Of a DNA stretch of 64,000 nt, positions 15,046 to 34,012 are shown one piece after another. The notes beneath the pieces are model-generated. The model did not search any database. It was not told where the DNA came from and saw only the letters and a program-made list of their open reading frames with translations. A program made the position numbers and the translations under genes. Numbering within the stretch: position 1 is the stretch's first letter; each line of letters begins with the position of its first letter. Location of the stretch: NCBI RefSeq assembly GCF_009914755.1, contig NC_060947.1. One strand, written 5' to 3'. Source of the DNA: the human T2T-CHM13v2.0 reference genome, Homo sapiens.

Positions 15046-16467
15046 TGAAATGTAATCCATGTCCTTGCAGGTTCTTCATCAGATCTGCATTGAGAGCTAC
15101 ATGAGAGGCTTTCCAAGCACAGCACAATAGAGCAGGGGCCTCCCTCAGTGTAATCTGCTTCAGCCCCCATGTTTAAAGAGGAAGGGACTGAGGCCCAGAA
15201 ATGGGGAACAACTTGTCCAAGGTCACACAGGAAGGCAGTGGCAACATAAACCAGGCCTTGTGCCTTCACATGGGCTCAGTGCCATTGCAGCATTGCAGGC
15301 AGTGTGACTTACCCTGCTGTGGCTTTTCAGTGGCCCCCTGGGGGCCACACCTGCCACCCTGTTCTCCCTGCTAAAAGGTCTTTTCCTTTGTACCAGGTAC
15401 TTCTGTCAAGTCCAAATCAAGCAGAATGGGTTCACTTGTAAGCAAACCACAGAAGGGATCAGCCACCAACCCAACAGATGAACAACTTGACTTGCTTTCC
15501 AATGGAGCCCAGCATTTGAAGCTGTGATAATTGTCAGTTTAAATGTTAGTAAGTGAATGCTTGTAATTTACAAGTGAAGCTGCTTCTCTTATCAAGGGTC
15601 CCATTTCCTGTGGGCTGTTTGGAAGTATAAACTGTTATCAGAGGATTTGTGCTTATTTGAGGCTTGGCTTGCCCATCTGGTCAGAGAGAGAAAGTCTGGA
15701 GAGTATGCTGAGTCTAATTCTGCTGTACCCCATGACGAGCCTGTCCTGTTCAACATTCCACTTGCGGTCCATGAATCAAGCGCTATTCATGGGCACAGAA
15801 CAGAATGAACCAACCTAAACCATTTCGCTTGCTTGACATTCTCTAAATCCCACTCCCCCCTTTAAACGCACAAGCTCAGGGCCTGTTTCAAAGGGCAAAT
15901 ATTGTGAAAATGAAGAAATTATTACAGATTATACTTGGAAAGAGTTCAAATGTTGTTGAAATACCGTGATCTGTAGGTGGCATGTCTTCAAAGAGATTCA
16001 TTTGAATAGATCAGGCTGAGGAACAGTCAATAGCAAAATAGTTATTTGTGTATCAAGTATGGACAAATTCTCACATACCAGGAGGCTGCGAGACAGCACT
16101 TTCACAAGCTGATTTTAGATTTTGGCCCAACAGCTCTAAAGGCAAAGGCTTTCTAGGCTAAAGGGATGATTAGAAAGATAATAGACAAAGTCAACTCCAG
16201 ATGTACCAGTTGACCACCCCTCTGCCAACTGAAACCCTACTCTTGGGTTGATTTCACAGCTCAGGAGGGGAGCTCAAACTCAAACTTGTCAATTTTGTGA
16301 CTCAATAACAGACCCACTTTGGGGTGGGAGAAAAATGGAAGTATGAGCTAAAAAGGAGATTCTTTCAATTGCCTTTGCCCTTCTGTTTTCTAGGCTGTCT
16401 ATGTCCTCCAACAGCTCAGAGACTCAGAGTTGATGCGCTGGATTCTACTGCAAGTTGCGTCTTGATA

Positions 16468-17025
16468 AACATAGTTACTATGTGAGCCAGCAAATTCCAT
16501 TTCTAGATATATACCCAAGAGAAATAAAAACTCATGTTCACAGGAATGCTTGTACACAAATGATCATAGCAGCATCATTCATAATAGCCAAAGTGGGAGC
16601 AAACCAAATGTCCATCAAGCAATGGATGGATAAACAAAATGTGATCCAGTCATACAATGGAATATTATTCAGCCATTAAAAGAAATGAAATACTGATCTG
16701 TGCTCAAACATGGATGGACCTTGAAAACATTAGGCTAAATGGAAAATGCCAGACACAGAAGATAGGACACATAATCAGACACATGTTGTATGATTCCATT
16801 TATATGAAATGTACAGAATGGGCAAATCCACAGAGACAGAAAGCAGATGAATGGTTTCCAGGGGCTGGGGGGAGAGGGATGAAGAATGACTCCTTAATGG
16901 GTGCAGGGTTTCTTGTAGGGTGAAGAAAATATTCTAAAATTGATTTTATAATGGTGATTGCCCAACTCTGTGAATGTACTAGAAACCACAGGTAGTACAT
17001 TTTAAAATGGTTAAGTGGTAAATGT
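16468..17025 (+). mobile_element. L1MB 3' fragment (terminal piece at ~18345-18400)
   Basis: agatatatacccaagagaaataaaaac...ggataaacaaaatgtg...ggcaaatccacagagacagaaagcag. Confidence 0.85.
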
Positions 17026-17029
17026 CTTT

Positions 17030-18325
<1,296 letters not shown>

Positions 18326-18404
18326 AAAGTTCATTCATGTTGTAGAATGGATTAAAATGTTAAATTTTATATTATGTGAGTTTTATCTCAATTTTAAAAT
18401 GATT

Positions 18405-18616
18405 GGCTGGGCACAATGGCTCACGCCTGTAATCACAGCACTTTGAGAGGCTGAGGTGGGCAGATTGCTTAAGCTCAGGAGTTCAAGGCCAGCCTGGGCA
18501 ACATAGTTAGACCTCATCTCTACAACAACAACAACAAAATACAAAAATTAGCCAGGCATGGTGGTGCCACCGTACTCCAGCCTGGGTGACAGAGACCCAG
18601 TCTCAAAAAAAAAAAA

Positions 18617-18617
<1 letters not shown>
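18405..18617 (+). mobile_element. AluJ with large right-arm deletion
   Basis: ggcatggtggtgcc joins directly to accgtactccagcctggg. Confidence 0.85.
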
Positions 18618-18658
<41 letters not shown>

Positions 18659-18671
18659 GCACATACACGTC

Positions 18672-18737
<66 letters not shown>
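18618..18737. repeat. Compound (CA)n/(TA)n microsatellite
   Basis: (CA)~16 followed by a long (TA) run, derived from the Alu tail. Confidence 0.95.
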
Positions 18738-18740
<3 letters not shown>

Positions 18741-18742
18741 CA

Positions 18743-19059
<317 letters not shown>

Positions 19060-19435
19060 TTAGGAACAGACACCTCTTAAATAAGCTTGGTGTCAGGGCA
19101 TAGGGCCCAAACAACTCCCACGGCCCCCTTGGGCTGTATGTAGCCATACATACATGAATTCCTTCGTGAATGCATTTGAAACCTCTGTGCAGTTGCTGGG
19201 GTCACAGATGCATACACCACCCAGTCCCAACCCTGAGGGAATGGCATAGGTCAGGCAGGCCTTCAAAGTGAATAACAGATACACAGAAGTGCAAGGACAG
19301 ACAAGGAAAGAATTGCTTTTGGAGGGGGTGGTGAGGGAAATTGTCCTAGAGGAAGTGGCCCTTGGGAAGCTGCACAGAGAGAAGAATGAACATGAGTTCT
19401 GGTGTCAGAGATATTTAAACTCACATTCTTTCTTG

Positions 19436-19921
19436 GTACTAGTTTCCTTTGGCCATTGTAACAAACTGCTACAAACGTAGTGGCCTAGGATAACACACAT
19501 TAATTCTCTTCCAGTTCTGAAAGTTAGAAGCCCAGAATTGGTCTCACTGGGCTAAAATCAATGCACGGGCAGGGCTGCAGGCCGCCTAGAGACTCTAGGA
19601 GAGAATCTGTTTCTGTGCCTTTTCCAACTTCTAGAGGTTGGCTGCATTCCTTGGCTCATGGCCCCTTCCTTGCAGCACTCCAAGCTCTTGCTTCTATTCT
19701 CACATCTTCTCTTTTGTGTCTAATCTCTCTGTGCCCCACTTTTATAAGGGACACTTGTGATTGCATTTAGAGTTGACCTGGATAATCCAAGATACTCTCC
19801 CCATCTCAAGACCCTTAACTCAATCACATCTGACAGTTACTTTTGGCATATAAGGTAACACTTACAGGTTCTGGGGCTTAGGACATGGACATCTTTGGGG
19901 ATCAGTATTGAGCCGACCACA
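19436..19921 (-). mobile_element. MLT1 solo LTR (within a MIR)
   Basis: gtactagtttcc...tgtaacaaac...ggataatccaagatactctccccatctcaagacccttaac...ggacatggacatctttgggg. Confidence 0.85.
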
Positions 19922-20212
19922 GACTTGATCACTTACTCACTAGGTGGCTGTGAACAAATCTCCTTCCATCTCAGTGCTTTAGTTTTCATATCTGGAGGAA
20001 AACAGGACTAGCCTTTCCTACTTTGTAGGGCTGTTGAGATGACTAAAGGAAATACTGTATGTGCTTTAGCCAGCCTGACGCCCAGCAGGCACAAACTATC
20101 TCCTCACTGCTCTTGAATAAGTGAAGCCTTGAAAGCTGAGTGCATTTGGAGGATTTCAGAAGAGAATGTAGGCATTCCAGGCTGAGAGACTGCCATCAAC
20201 GAAGGCACAAAA

Positions 20213-20346
20213 GGCCGGGCGCAGTGGCTCATGCTTGTTATCCCAGCACTTTGGGAGGCAAAGGCAGGAGGATTGCCTAAGCCCAGGAGTTTGAGACCAG
20301 CCTAGGCAACATGGCAAGACCCCATTCTGTATTTAAAACAAACAAA
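20213..20346 (+). mobile_element. FLAM / Alu left monomer
   Basis: Monomer; TSD approx aaggcac(a/c)aa. Confidence 0.85.
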
Positions 20347-21051
20347 GGCACCAAGGTAGCATGGTTTGTTTCAGGAGACAAAAGTAATCCAGAGAGGAGG
20401 GAGTAAAAGCTGTAGGTAGAGAAAGGAGGTATTGTTGAAGATGGGGCTGACCCATCTACAGGGCCTGATCAAGTGGGGACCATAGAACTTGATCCTGCTG
20501 TCAGCCATGGGGAGCCACTGAAGGGCTTATCAGGGTGTGATGTAGGGAGACATGGGCATTGGGAAGTTCATTCTGGGGCAGTGAGGGGTCAGGAGGGTTG
20601 TCAGGGGGACCAGTTGGCAGGCTGGCATGCCACTATGCCCTTGGAAGAAATTTAGGCATTGAGACAGGGCATTCCTTGGGGTAGCAGATGTGGTTCACTC
20701 TGCTGCGTCTGTAATGGGCTCTACCATACATATGAAGGCTGGAAAGTGCCATGATACATCAGTAAGCAAAAGCAGGTGACCTATTAACAAGAAGCAGTAA
20801 TCAGGGAATATGGTGCTGACCTGAGGTCCAGGTGTCCACAAGACCAGTGGTTGGTGGCTGCTGTTGATCTCAGGAGCGGTGCTCCCTGTTTACCTTAGCA
20901 CAATGGGAACTGGTGTCATTGTAATTCAGACCAGCAGTAAAAGAGCCTCTTGAGGGATCCTGAAGCCTTTCTCATTGCCATTTGGGGCAGAAGGTTTGGG
21001 TTGGTCAATGTAGATTCCAAACCCACAGGCAGACAGTTTCCCCTCTACTCC

Positions 21052-21885
<834 letters not shown>

Positions 21886-22696
21886 AAACATTCCTGATGT
21901 GATCGGCTTCAAAAAGGCACTGCAATCAGAGGTATGCACTCAGGAACAGGGCATTTGGTGTCCATTTGCTCCTTGCTAAAGACAGTTTCCACTGGTCTGA
22001 CTGAGCTGTGTTATGTGCAATGCCCTGCCTGCTCTGGAACTTGCTGGAATGTTCCATGGAATAATAGGAGGCATGCAGAGGGCCACACTGTTCAGTCCTG
22101 GCAGACCAGTTTGCCCAGTATAGAGGATCCTGCTCCCTTAGCCTAGAGCTGTGGGCAGAGCTTGCCTCTGCCTGGGCATCTGAAAGGGCAGAACATGGTT
22201 AAAAGGGGTATATGTTCATTATCTTAACAAATCTACTCTGCAGGGTCTACTCCAAGAAATGATTGAAACTTCCGGATTTAGTGATTTAATTCAAGTACTT
22301 ATCTGTTCTTCAGTTATTTTCAAACAAGTCCTGCTAATTTAGAGGAACCTCGGAGTGTTGGGTGAAAAATTTAAGTGAGACCTCAAGGGAAGTGGAATCA
22401 CAAGAAATAAAAAGAATTCCAGGGGAACCCCTTAGCTCTCACCTCTTTCATGTCTGGACCATCTACAGGCTCTGAGAGCTACTAGTGGATCAGAAAGTGA
22501 GGAGGGAAGAAACAAAGGCCTATGGGCCTTAGGCATTCTGCCTTGTGGCCAGGAAGACATACATTTTCCCATCTGCTTTGTGATCTCACCTTGGCAGAGG
22601 CCTTGCTGGCTCTTCCCCAGGTAGCTTTTGGCTTGCCCAGCAATCATCAGGCCTTTATGAGTTTCTACTCTGTGCCCTCAACTGTGCTTGGCTTAA

Positions 22697-23113
<417 letters not shown>

Positions 23114-23276
23114 TAGCCAATGAACATTCTCCTTTATACTTTAAATTATGTCTAGATATAATAACTAATGCAATATAAATGCTATGCAAAAAGCTGTCAG
23201 ACTGTATTGTTTTTTAAATTTGTAGTATTTTTACTGCTGTGTTGTTATTTTTCATTGTTTTTTTTTTCCCCAAATA

Positions 23277-23614
<338 letters not shown>

Positions 23615-23694
23615 TGAGGTTGGTTGAATCCAAAGATGCAGAATCCAAGGATATGAAGGGCTGACTGTATTTGCTTATGAGTTTACCAAACAGT

Positions 23695-24190
23695 CACCAA
23701 GGGCCGTACTCCCTCTAAAGTTTCTAGGGAAGGATCTGTTCCAGGCCTCTCTCCTAGCTTCTGGTGGCTTCTGGCAATTCCTGGCATTCCTTAACTTGTA
23801 GATGCATCACTTCAATCTCTGTCTTTGTCTTCACATGGCCTTCTCCTCATGTGTCTCTGTCCTTGTGTCTTTACATGGCTTTAAAGTTTTCTTTTTTGAT
23901 AGAGAGAGTCTTGCTATGTTGCCCAGGCTGATCTTCAATTCCTGGGCTCAAGCAATCCTCCTGCCTTGGCCTCCCAAAGCATTGGGATTACAGGCATGAG
24001 CCACTCGGCTACATGGCTTTTTCACAAGGACACCAGACATTGGATTTAGGGCCTACCCTACTCCATTATGACCTTACCTTAACTTGATTATATCTGTAAA
24101 GACTCTATTTCCAAATAAGGGCACATTGACAGGCACCAGGGGTTAGGACATTACCATATCTTTTTAGGGGATTTGATTCAACCCAGAACA
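23695..24190 (-). mobile_element. MLT1B/C-like LTR with nested FLAM (23887-24010)
   Basis: ttccaggcctctctcctagcttctggtggc...ctatttccaaataagg...attcaaccc. Confidence 0.8.
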
Positions 24191-24315
24191 CCTTCCAGTC
24201 TTGGCAATATCTTGCAGCTTTGGAGCAAAGCCGACGGTCCCTCCCATCCAGGGTCAATTGTATTTCTTTTCCTTCTCTTAGCTAGGACATCAGGATGAGA
24301 AGCAGACATCTTCAG

Positions 24316-24620
24316 GGCTGGGTGCAGTGGCTCGTACCTGTAATCCCAGCACTTTGGGAGGCCGAGGCAGGAGGATGGCTTGGCCCCAGGAGTTCAAGAC
24401 CAGCCTGGGCAACATAGTCAGACCCTATGTCTACAAAAAATTTTGAAGAATTAGCCAGGCATGGCATCACGTGCCTGTAGTCTCAGCTACTCAGGAGGCT
24501 GAGGTGGGAGGATTGCTTGAGCCCAGGAGTTTGGGGCTGCCATGAGCTGTGACTGAGCCACTACACTCCAGCCTGGGTGACAGAGCAAGATCCTAACTTT
24601 AGAAAAAAGATAATAATAAA
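24316..24620 (+). mobile_element. AluJ
   Basis: Full dimer. Confidence 0.9.
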
Positions 24621-24624
24621 ATGA

Positions 24625-24745
24625 AATCAAATTGGCTGTGGTAATGGTTGCACAACTCTGTGAATGTACTCAAAACCATTGAATTACTTACTTTAAATTG
24701 GTGAATGGTATGGAATGTGAATTATATCTCAATAAAGGTGTCCAA
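24625..24745 (+). mobile_element. L1M 3' terminal fragment
   Basis: tggttgcacaactctgtgaatgtactcaaaaccattgaat...gtgaattatatctcaataaag. Confidence 0.75.
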
Positions 24746-25156
24746 AAATATGTCATGGATTCGTGCTATTCTTACATATATACTCATATAATATATAGTT
24801 CCTATTCTACTAAACTTATATGAGGGCCTCACCCTCAGCTATCTTGTTATTACATGGTTGTTTTGTTTAATTACGTTGGGTTAGTTCCACCCATAGTTTT
24901 GAATGATCACTGGAATTCAACTGATATGCAACAAGTAAACCTAAGTCTCCAAGTAAACCTAAGTTTCCTAAATAACCTGTACTTTGTTCTTTAGGATAAT
25001 TGGTATTTACCCATAGTCTGTTTTGTTCTATAATGCTAAGACTGGCCTTTAGCTTAACGGATGTATCAGTTTCCTATTGTTGCTGTAGCTAATTACCACA
25101 AACTTAGTGACTTCAAACAACACAAATGTATTGCCCTACAATTCTGGCTATCAGAT

Positions 25157-25888
<732 letters not shown>

Positions 25889-26116
25889 TAGCACAACATT
25901 TTCAAATCTCCAACTCTGACCCCCCGCCCACCTCTTCAAAGGACCCTTGTGATGACATTGGGCCCACCTGGAAAGTCCAAAATAATCTCATCTTGAGATC
26001 ATTAACTTAATCACATCTACCCCTTTTAGCATGTAAGGTCACATATTCACAGGTTTCAGGAATAAGGACAAGGCCATCTTGGGGGGCTGTTATCCAGCCT
26101 ACCACAGTGCAGTTCC

Positions 26117-26438
<322 letters not shown>

Positions 26439-26516
26439 ACAGTTCCTTTTTAGAGATAATATTTAATACAGAGTCTCTCAGAAGACTACCAGTGAGAGCT
26501 AAAAGAGAAGGAAGAG

Positions 26517-26820
26517 GTCCGGGCACCTATAATCTCAGCACTTTGGGAGGCCAAGGTGGGAGGATGGCTTGAGTCCAGGAGTTTGAAACCATGCAGCCTG
26601 GGCAGCATGGCGAAACCCCATCTATACAATAAATACAAAAATTAACCAGGCATGGTGGCACGCGCCTGTAGTCCTAACTACTCAGGAGGCTGAGGTGGAA
26701 GGGTCATTTGAACCCGGGAGGTTGAGACTGCAGTGAGCCATGATTGCGCCACTGCACTCCATCTTAGGCGACGGAAATGAAATCCTCTCTCAAAAAAGTA
26801 CAAATAAAAAAAAGAAAGAA
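26517..26820 (+). mobile_element. AluJ
   Basis: Dimer with small indels. Confidence 0.9.
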
Positions 26821-27660
26821 GAGACTTCACAACCTAGTTATTCTATGTCTTCTGTAGAGGATCCTCCCATTTGGAGATACCACAAGGAAAAATCTGCTTT
26901 CCTGTGTGATGTAGCCTCTCCACCACTTCCAGTCCCAGGGCACTGCTTTGCACGACCAACATGCTTGGTAACCATGGGCCCAAGGCTGACTGGGTCCCTG
27001 CCTCAGGAGAGGATGAAGGGCAGTCTAAAAGGGTCCCAGTGGATGGACTGTTTCAAGGCCATCACTAAAGAATCTTTTTAATTAACAATTCCACTCTTCT
27101 TGGGGGCTAATTTAAATCTCTCCTACCATGATGGAAGGCCATGTCATTTGCTCTTGTTTGCGTCTCAGGGCAAACAAGAAATGTACAATAGCTTCTGAAC
27201 AGAACATCCATATCCTGGAAAAGCACCATTAATTTACTCTGAGGCCTTTGCAGTAGGTGAAATCATCTCAGTTCCTTTATTTTTCTTCACAGGGCCTTCT
27301 TTCACAGAAACTACCCACACTGCAGCAAATGTTACTCCTGTTCTTCTAAAAGACCCGGAAATTCTCCTATGTCCAATCCTTCACTGCTGACAGATACTCA
27401 TTGAGTGATCTGCTGTGAACTCACCGTCTTTCCTTCTTGCCCCACTGGTCTGGCTTTCTGTCCCCGGCTGATTTTTGCTTGTTTCATTGTAGGCAGGCAT
27501 TGTGGCAGAATAGAAGGAACGTGAAATTTGGAATCAGAAAACATGGATTGGAATTCAGCTGTGAACCTGCTGGCTGTGTGATCTTTGGCCAGCCACCTCC
27601 CCTCCAGAACCTAGGTTTCTTCATTTGAAAGGGGGAGAAGTGGTTAAAAATCCCTGTGTT

Positions 27661-28254
<594 letters not shown>

Positions 28255-28457
28255 TTGCCCATGCTCAGTCTCTCCCTCCAAAGGTGTGGGGGTGGGGCAG
28301 GAGGCTCCTCAGGACCTGCTAATGAAATGTTGCTTTTCCCAAATCTCTTGATGAAGTTGTAGCAAAAGGAGCTCCGACTGAACTTCCTCTTCAGAAGCCC
28401 TTGGGGAATTGAGACATTGAGCCCAACAGAATGTAAATCAAAGAAGCCATCCTTGCC

Positions 28458-29408
<951 letters not shown>

Positions 29409-29410
29409 AC

Positions 29411-29790
29411 TGTGATGGTTAATTGTATGCGTCAACTTGACTGGGCTAAACAATGCCCAGATATCTGGTCAAACATTATTTCTGGCTGTACCTATGAGAA
29501 TGTTTCCAGAAGAGATTAGCATATGATTTGGTAGACTCAGTAAAGAAAAGCCTCCCTCCCCGCTGTGCGTAGGCATCAGCCAGTCTGTGGAGGGCCCTAA
29601 GAGAACAAAAAGGCAGAAGAAAGGTGAATTTGCTCTCCCTGCTTGAGCTGGGACATCCATCTTCGCCTGTCTTCAGACATCAGTGCTCCTCGTTCCTGGC
29701 CCTTCAGACTTACACTGAATTACATCATTGACTTTCCTGGTTCTCCAGCCTACACAGACAGCAGCTCAAGGAGATTCTTGGCTGATTCTT
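29411..29790 (+). mobile_element. MLT2 (ERVL) solo LTR
   Basis: tgtgatggttaattgtatgcgtcaacttgactgggctaa...gagattagcat...agactcagtaaag. Confidence 0.85.
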
Positions 29791-30761
29791 CCATATTATG
29801 TGTGTGTGTGTGTGTTGCTGTGCTCATATAAGTATGGTTGTGGTGTGGTTGCTATTCTCAGCTGGACGAGAGAAGACTCTTGAGGTGGGCTAGTATCTGT
29901 CTTAAATTCCTTAAGGGCTATAAAAGAGAGAAGGAATTCAACTTTCTCTCCAAGTCAGAGCCATAAAAATGGGAACAAAAGAAGGTTGTTACAGGGAAAC
30001 AGGCTTCAGCTCAAGGTAGCAGGGAATTTCCTACAGGGCTTTACCAGGAGGCAAGGGGCTGCCTCAAGAGGTGGTGAGGAGAGGAGAGGTGTCCAAGCAG
30101 AGCCTGGACGAGCCCTTGGTGGTGTCATGCTGCGTGTAGCAGTCTGGGCCAGACAGCCTCCAAGCCTCCAACCTTGAGAAGCTCGGGTTTTGTGGATTAC
30201 ACAGCGAGTCAGGTGATGACTCTGCAGGGAGGCTGCCAGCATTCTCTGTGATGCTCTTGTGAACTGGAGAAAGGCCAATTTGCTTCAGCAAGGAGAAAGG
30301 AAGAGGCCGACAGTAAATTCCTGTGATGGCAGGCACCCTTTAGGAAATGGACTGTGTAAGCAGGTGGGGGAGCCTCTCCTCCTGGGCTGTGAAAGAAAAC
30401 AGGGCTCCCTCTAGCTCCTCCTGAAAATTGGACAGGCAGCTCTCCTTCTCTCTCTCTCCTTTTGGGATGGCAGCTCCACGAGAGACCAGCCTGGGGGATA
30501 TGTTAAAGGCATAAGAAAGGGTAGGTCTCTGTGGGCACAAGAACTTGAGGCTTTCCCGAGGTGGGAGGACAAGGTTAGGCTGTGGCTGGGTGGGACTGGC
30601 TCACACCGAGTGGAGGGCTACCCCTTTCACATCCCACCTGGAAATGCTCCTGCAAAGATGGAGTGAGAGCCTCTCCCTTTTCTGCCCACCTTCCTCTCAA
30701 TATGGAGGAACCCACCTCCCCGCAAAATGCTGCTCTACAGTCCTTTGGCAATTTTCCTTTT

Positions 30762-31055
30762 GAAAAGCTGACCAATAAAGTCCACATATCATATACTTCC
30801 ATTCAAATGAAAGTCCAGACTAGGAAAATCTACACAGACAGAAAGTAGGTTACTGGCTGCTTAGGGTCAGGGGGAGAGAGATGTAGGAGGAAAATAGTTT
30901 AAAGGGTATGAGGTTTCTTTGGGGAGTGACAAAAATATCTAAAATTGGCTGGTGATGGTTGCACAGCTCCGTTAATACACTACAAACCATTAAATTGTAC
31001 ACCTCAAATGGGTGACTCTGTGCTATGTGAATTATATTTCAATAAAGCTGTTTAA
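30762..31055 (+). mobile_element. L1M 3' fragment
   Basis: acagacagaaagtagg...gatggttgcacagc...gtgaattatatttcaataaagctgtt. Confidence 0.75.
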
Positions 31056-32647
31056 ATGAAAGAAAGCTGATTGTTGGACAGTCCTTCCTTAGCTGCCCCA
31101 CCTCGCTTTATTTCCAAGGAGCCCTGGAAGAACGTGTGCCGTGGATCCTTCTGCACCTGGCCTGTACCAGGGCCACTCTTGGGAATGTTGTTGCTCGTGC
31201 TGGGCGCCACTCTGTGGGGCTGGGCACCTCGTTGTGATTGCAGATGGTTGGCCAATGCACCGTGTGTGTGCAGCAATGAGAACTATGTGGAAGGCATTTA
31301 ATACAGTGACTCACAGGGTCATGCTTGGAAAATTAATTCAAATTGGCTTGCATCAAGCCAAGGAAAACTGTCTGAAGAGGCTGTAAACAGAAGGTAATGG
31401 ATTGAGCTGAAGCAGGGCTAGAGGGAAGGCACAGGGGGAGACAGCTGGCAGGAGGGGGTTGGTGTGGGGACCTGGTTGGGGGTGGGGCACAGAGGCTGAA
31501 GTCCGGGAACTCCATCTCCTGCCAGTTCCTCTCCCCACTCTGGAGTCCCCGGTACCTGGCCTGCTTCCCCTGGTCACACTGATCCTTGTCACTCCTGGGC
31601 ATCCCGGGCATTTAGATATTTCTGTTTGCACTTTCTCTCTGTCCCGACTGGGAGCTCCCTGAGGGCAGGAAGGCGGTATCTGTAGACAAAGGAGAGCTAT
31701 GAGTTCCCCGAGTGTCTGCCCCGCGAGTCCCTGGTGGGCTGCCAAGGGGCCCCAGCTTTTTAAACCCACACCTCACCAGTAAAAATATGAATGCAAACTT
31801 TACCTCCAGTGGTTTGCGCTGGGAAAATACAGCTCTCCTTATGGGTTTTCTAAAGAGATGTTATAATTTTTTTTAACAGATTTATTGAGGTATAATGTAG
31901 ATACCACAAATTGCAAGTGTATAACTCAGTAATGTTTAGAAAATTTATAGAGTTGTGCAATCATCACCACCATCTCTGCTCAGAACATTTCCATCCCTAA
32001 ATATGTCTTTTAAACTATGCCTTACCCCATATTCTGATGCACACAGGGACGTAAGATGTCCCCTTTCTTCCCCTCCCCAGTTCTGGAAAGTGAAAAGCTC
32101 AGTGACCTGGGGTCCTGCCATCTGTGTAGACACCAGCTGGACCCAGTTGTTGGGCTCTAGACTTGCAGGTAGCAGAGCTCTCAGCTTTTGCCCTGCCCTC
32201 CTGGCATTGTAAGAGCATCTCTCCCTGCACAGCTGGGAGCTAGGGTAAGGAGGCTTCCAGACGCTTCCTGGGCAGAGTCTTTGGGTCTGGGATTCCTTTC
32301 CCAGGCATTCAAACGCCTCTCACCCCAACCCCCAGCAGACACATTTACGATCCCCACAGCTGGTGGTGCGACCACAGCCAAGCAAGACCAGTCTTGGGCA
32401 GACAGAACAGAATGTGAACATCCATAGGAAACCCAACTCCTTCAGAGAGGGGCGAGAGGCCTTGCACATTTGTCATGACCCCCTGGCTCAATGCCTCTCC
32501 CGGCTGAGTGAATTCAAACAAACTTTTCCTGAGTGCCAACTAGGGGTCAGGGTTCAGGTGAGGAGGCCCTGCAAGGGATGGGGACATGACAAGACATGGT
32601 TCAGGCCTTGGGGAGCTCCACATTCTCCAGAGTGGAAGAAACAAGGT

Positions 32648-33435
<788 letters not shown>

Positions 33436-33713
33436 ATGTAAGGCCTGAGTTGGGCAGCCCTGTGGGTGCCACCCAAGTGGGGCAGGTGAGAACGCTCCAG
33501 GCAGTGGGGCCTGGCCTTGTGACAGCCTCCACGATAAAGGAGCTTTGGCACTAAGGATGGCTTTCATTTCTAGAAAGTAAAGTTTGAGGAATAAGTTGAG
33601 GGATCAAGGATAATATGCAGTTAGAAGGACAACCAAAGTGTGACCGTAAGTCAGTGTGCCTGGGGTTCGTTCATCTAAAGCCAAAAGTAGCCTTGCAAAT
33701 GTTACCTAAACAT

Positions 33714-33900
33714 GAGATTGTGCTGGCGCACACCTGCATTCCCAGCTACTTGGGAGGCTGAAGCAGGAGAATGGCTTGAACCCAGGAGTTTGAAGCTATA
33801 CTATATTATGATGGCACCTGTGAATAGACAGTGTACTCCAGCCTGGACAGCCAGGTGTGACTTCAGCTCTAAAATTAATAATAATAATAATAATAATAAT
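33714..33900 (+). mobile_element. FAM (fossil Alu monomer, 7SL-derived)
   Basis: Monomer retaining cctgtgaatag(a)ca(g)tgtactccagcctgg, which dimeric Alus lack; (AAT)n tail. Confidence 0.75.
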
Positions 33901-34012
33901 TACATATGTGGCCCACATTATAAATAGATAAATAAAACATACAAGTCTATTTCTTGTATGTTTTACAAGAAAGGAAAAGAAAGGAAGTGGTGCAGGAGAC
34001 CTGAGTTCATAC

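Noticed and set aside
16455-16923. ORFs resembling the L1 ORF2 C-terminus (IYPREIKTHVH, MEYYSAIKRNE)
   Set aside because: Decayed L1MB remnants with frameshifts; not an active element.
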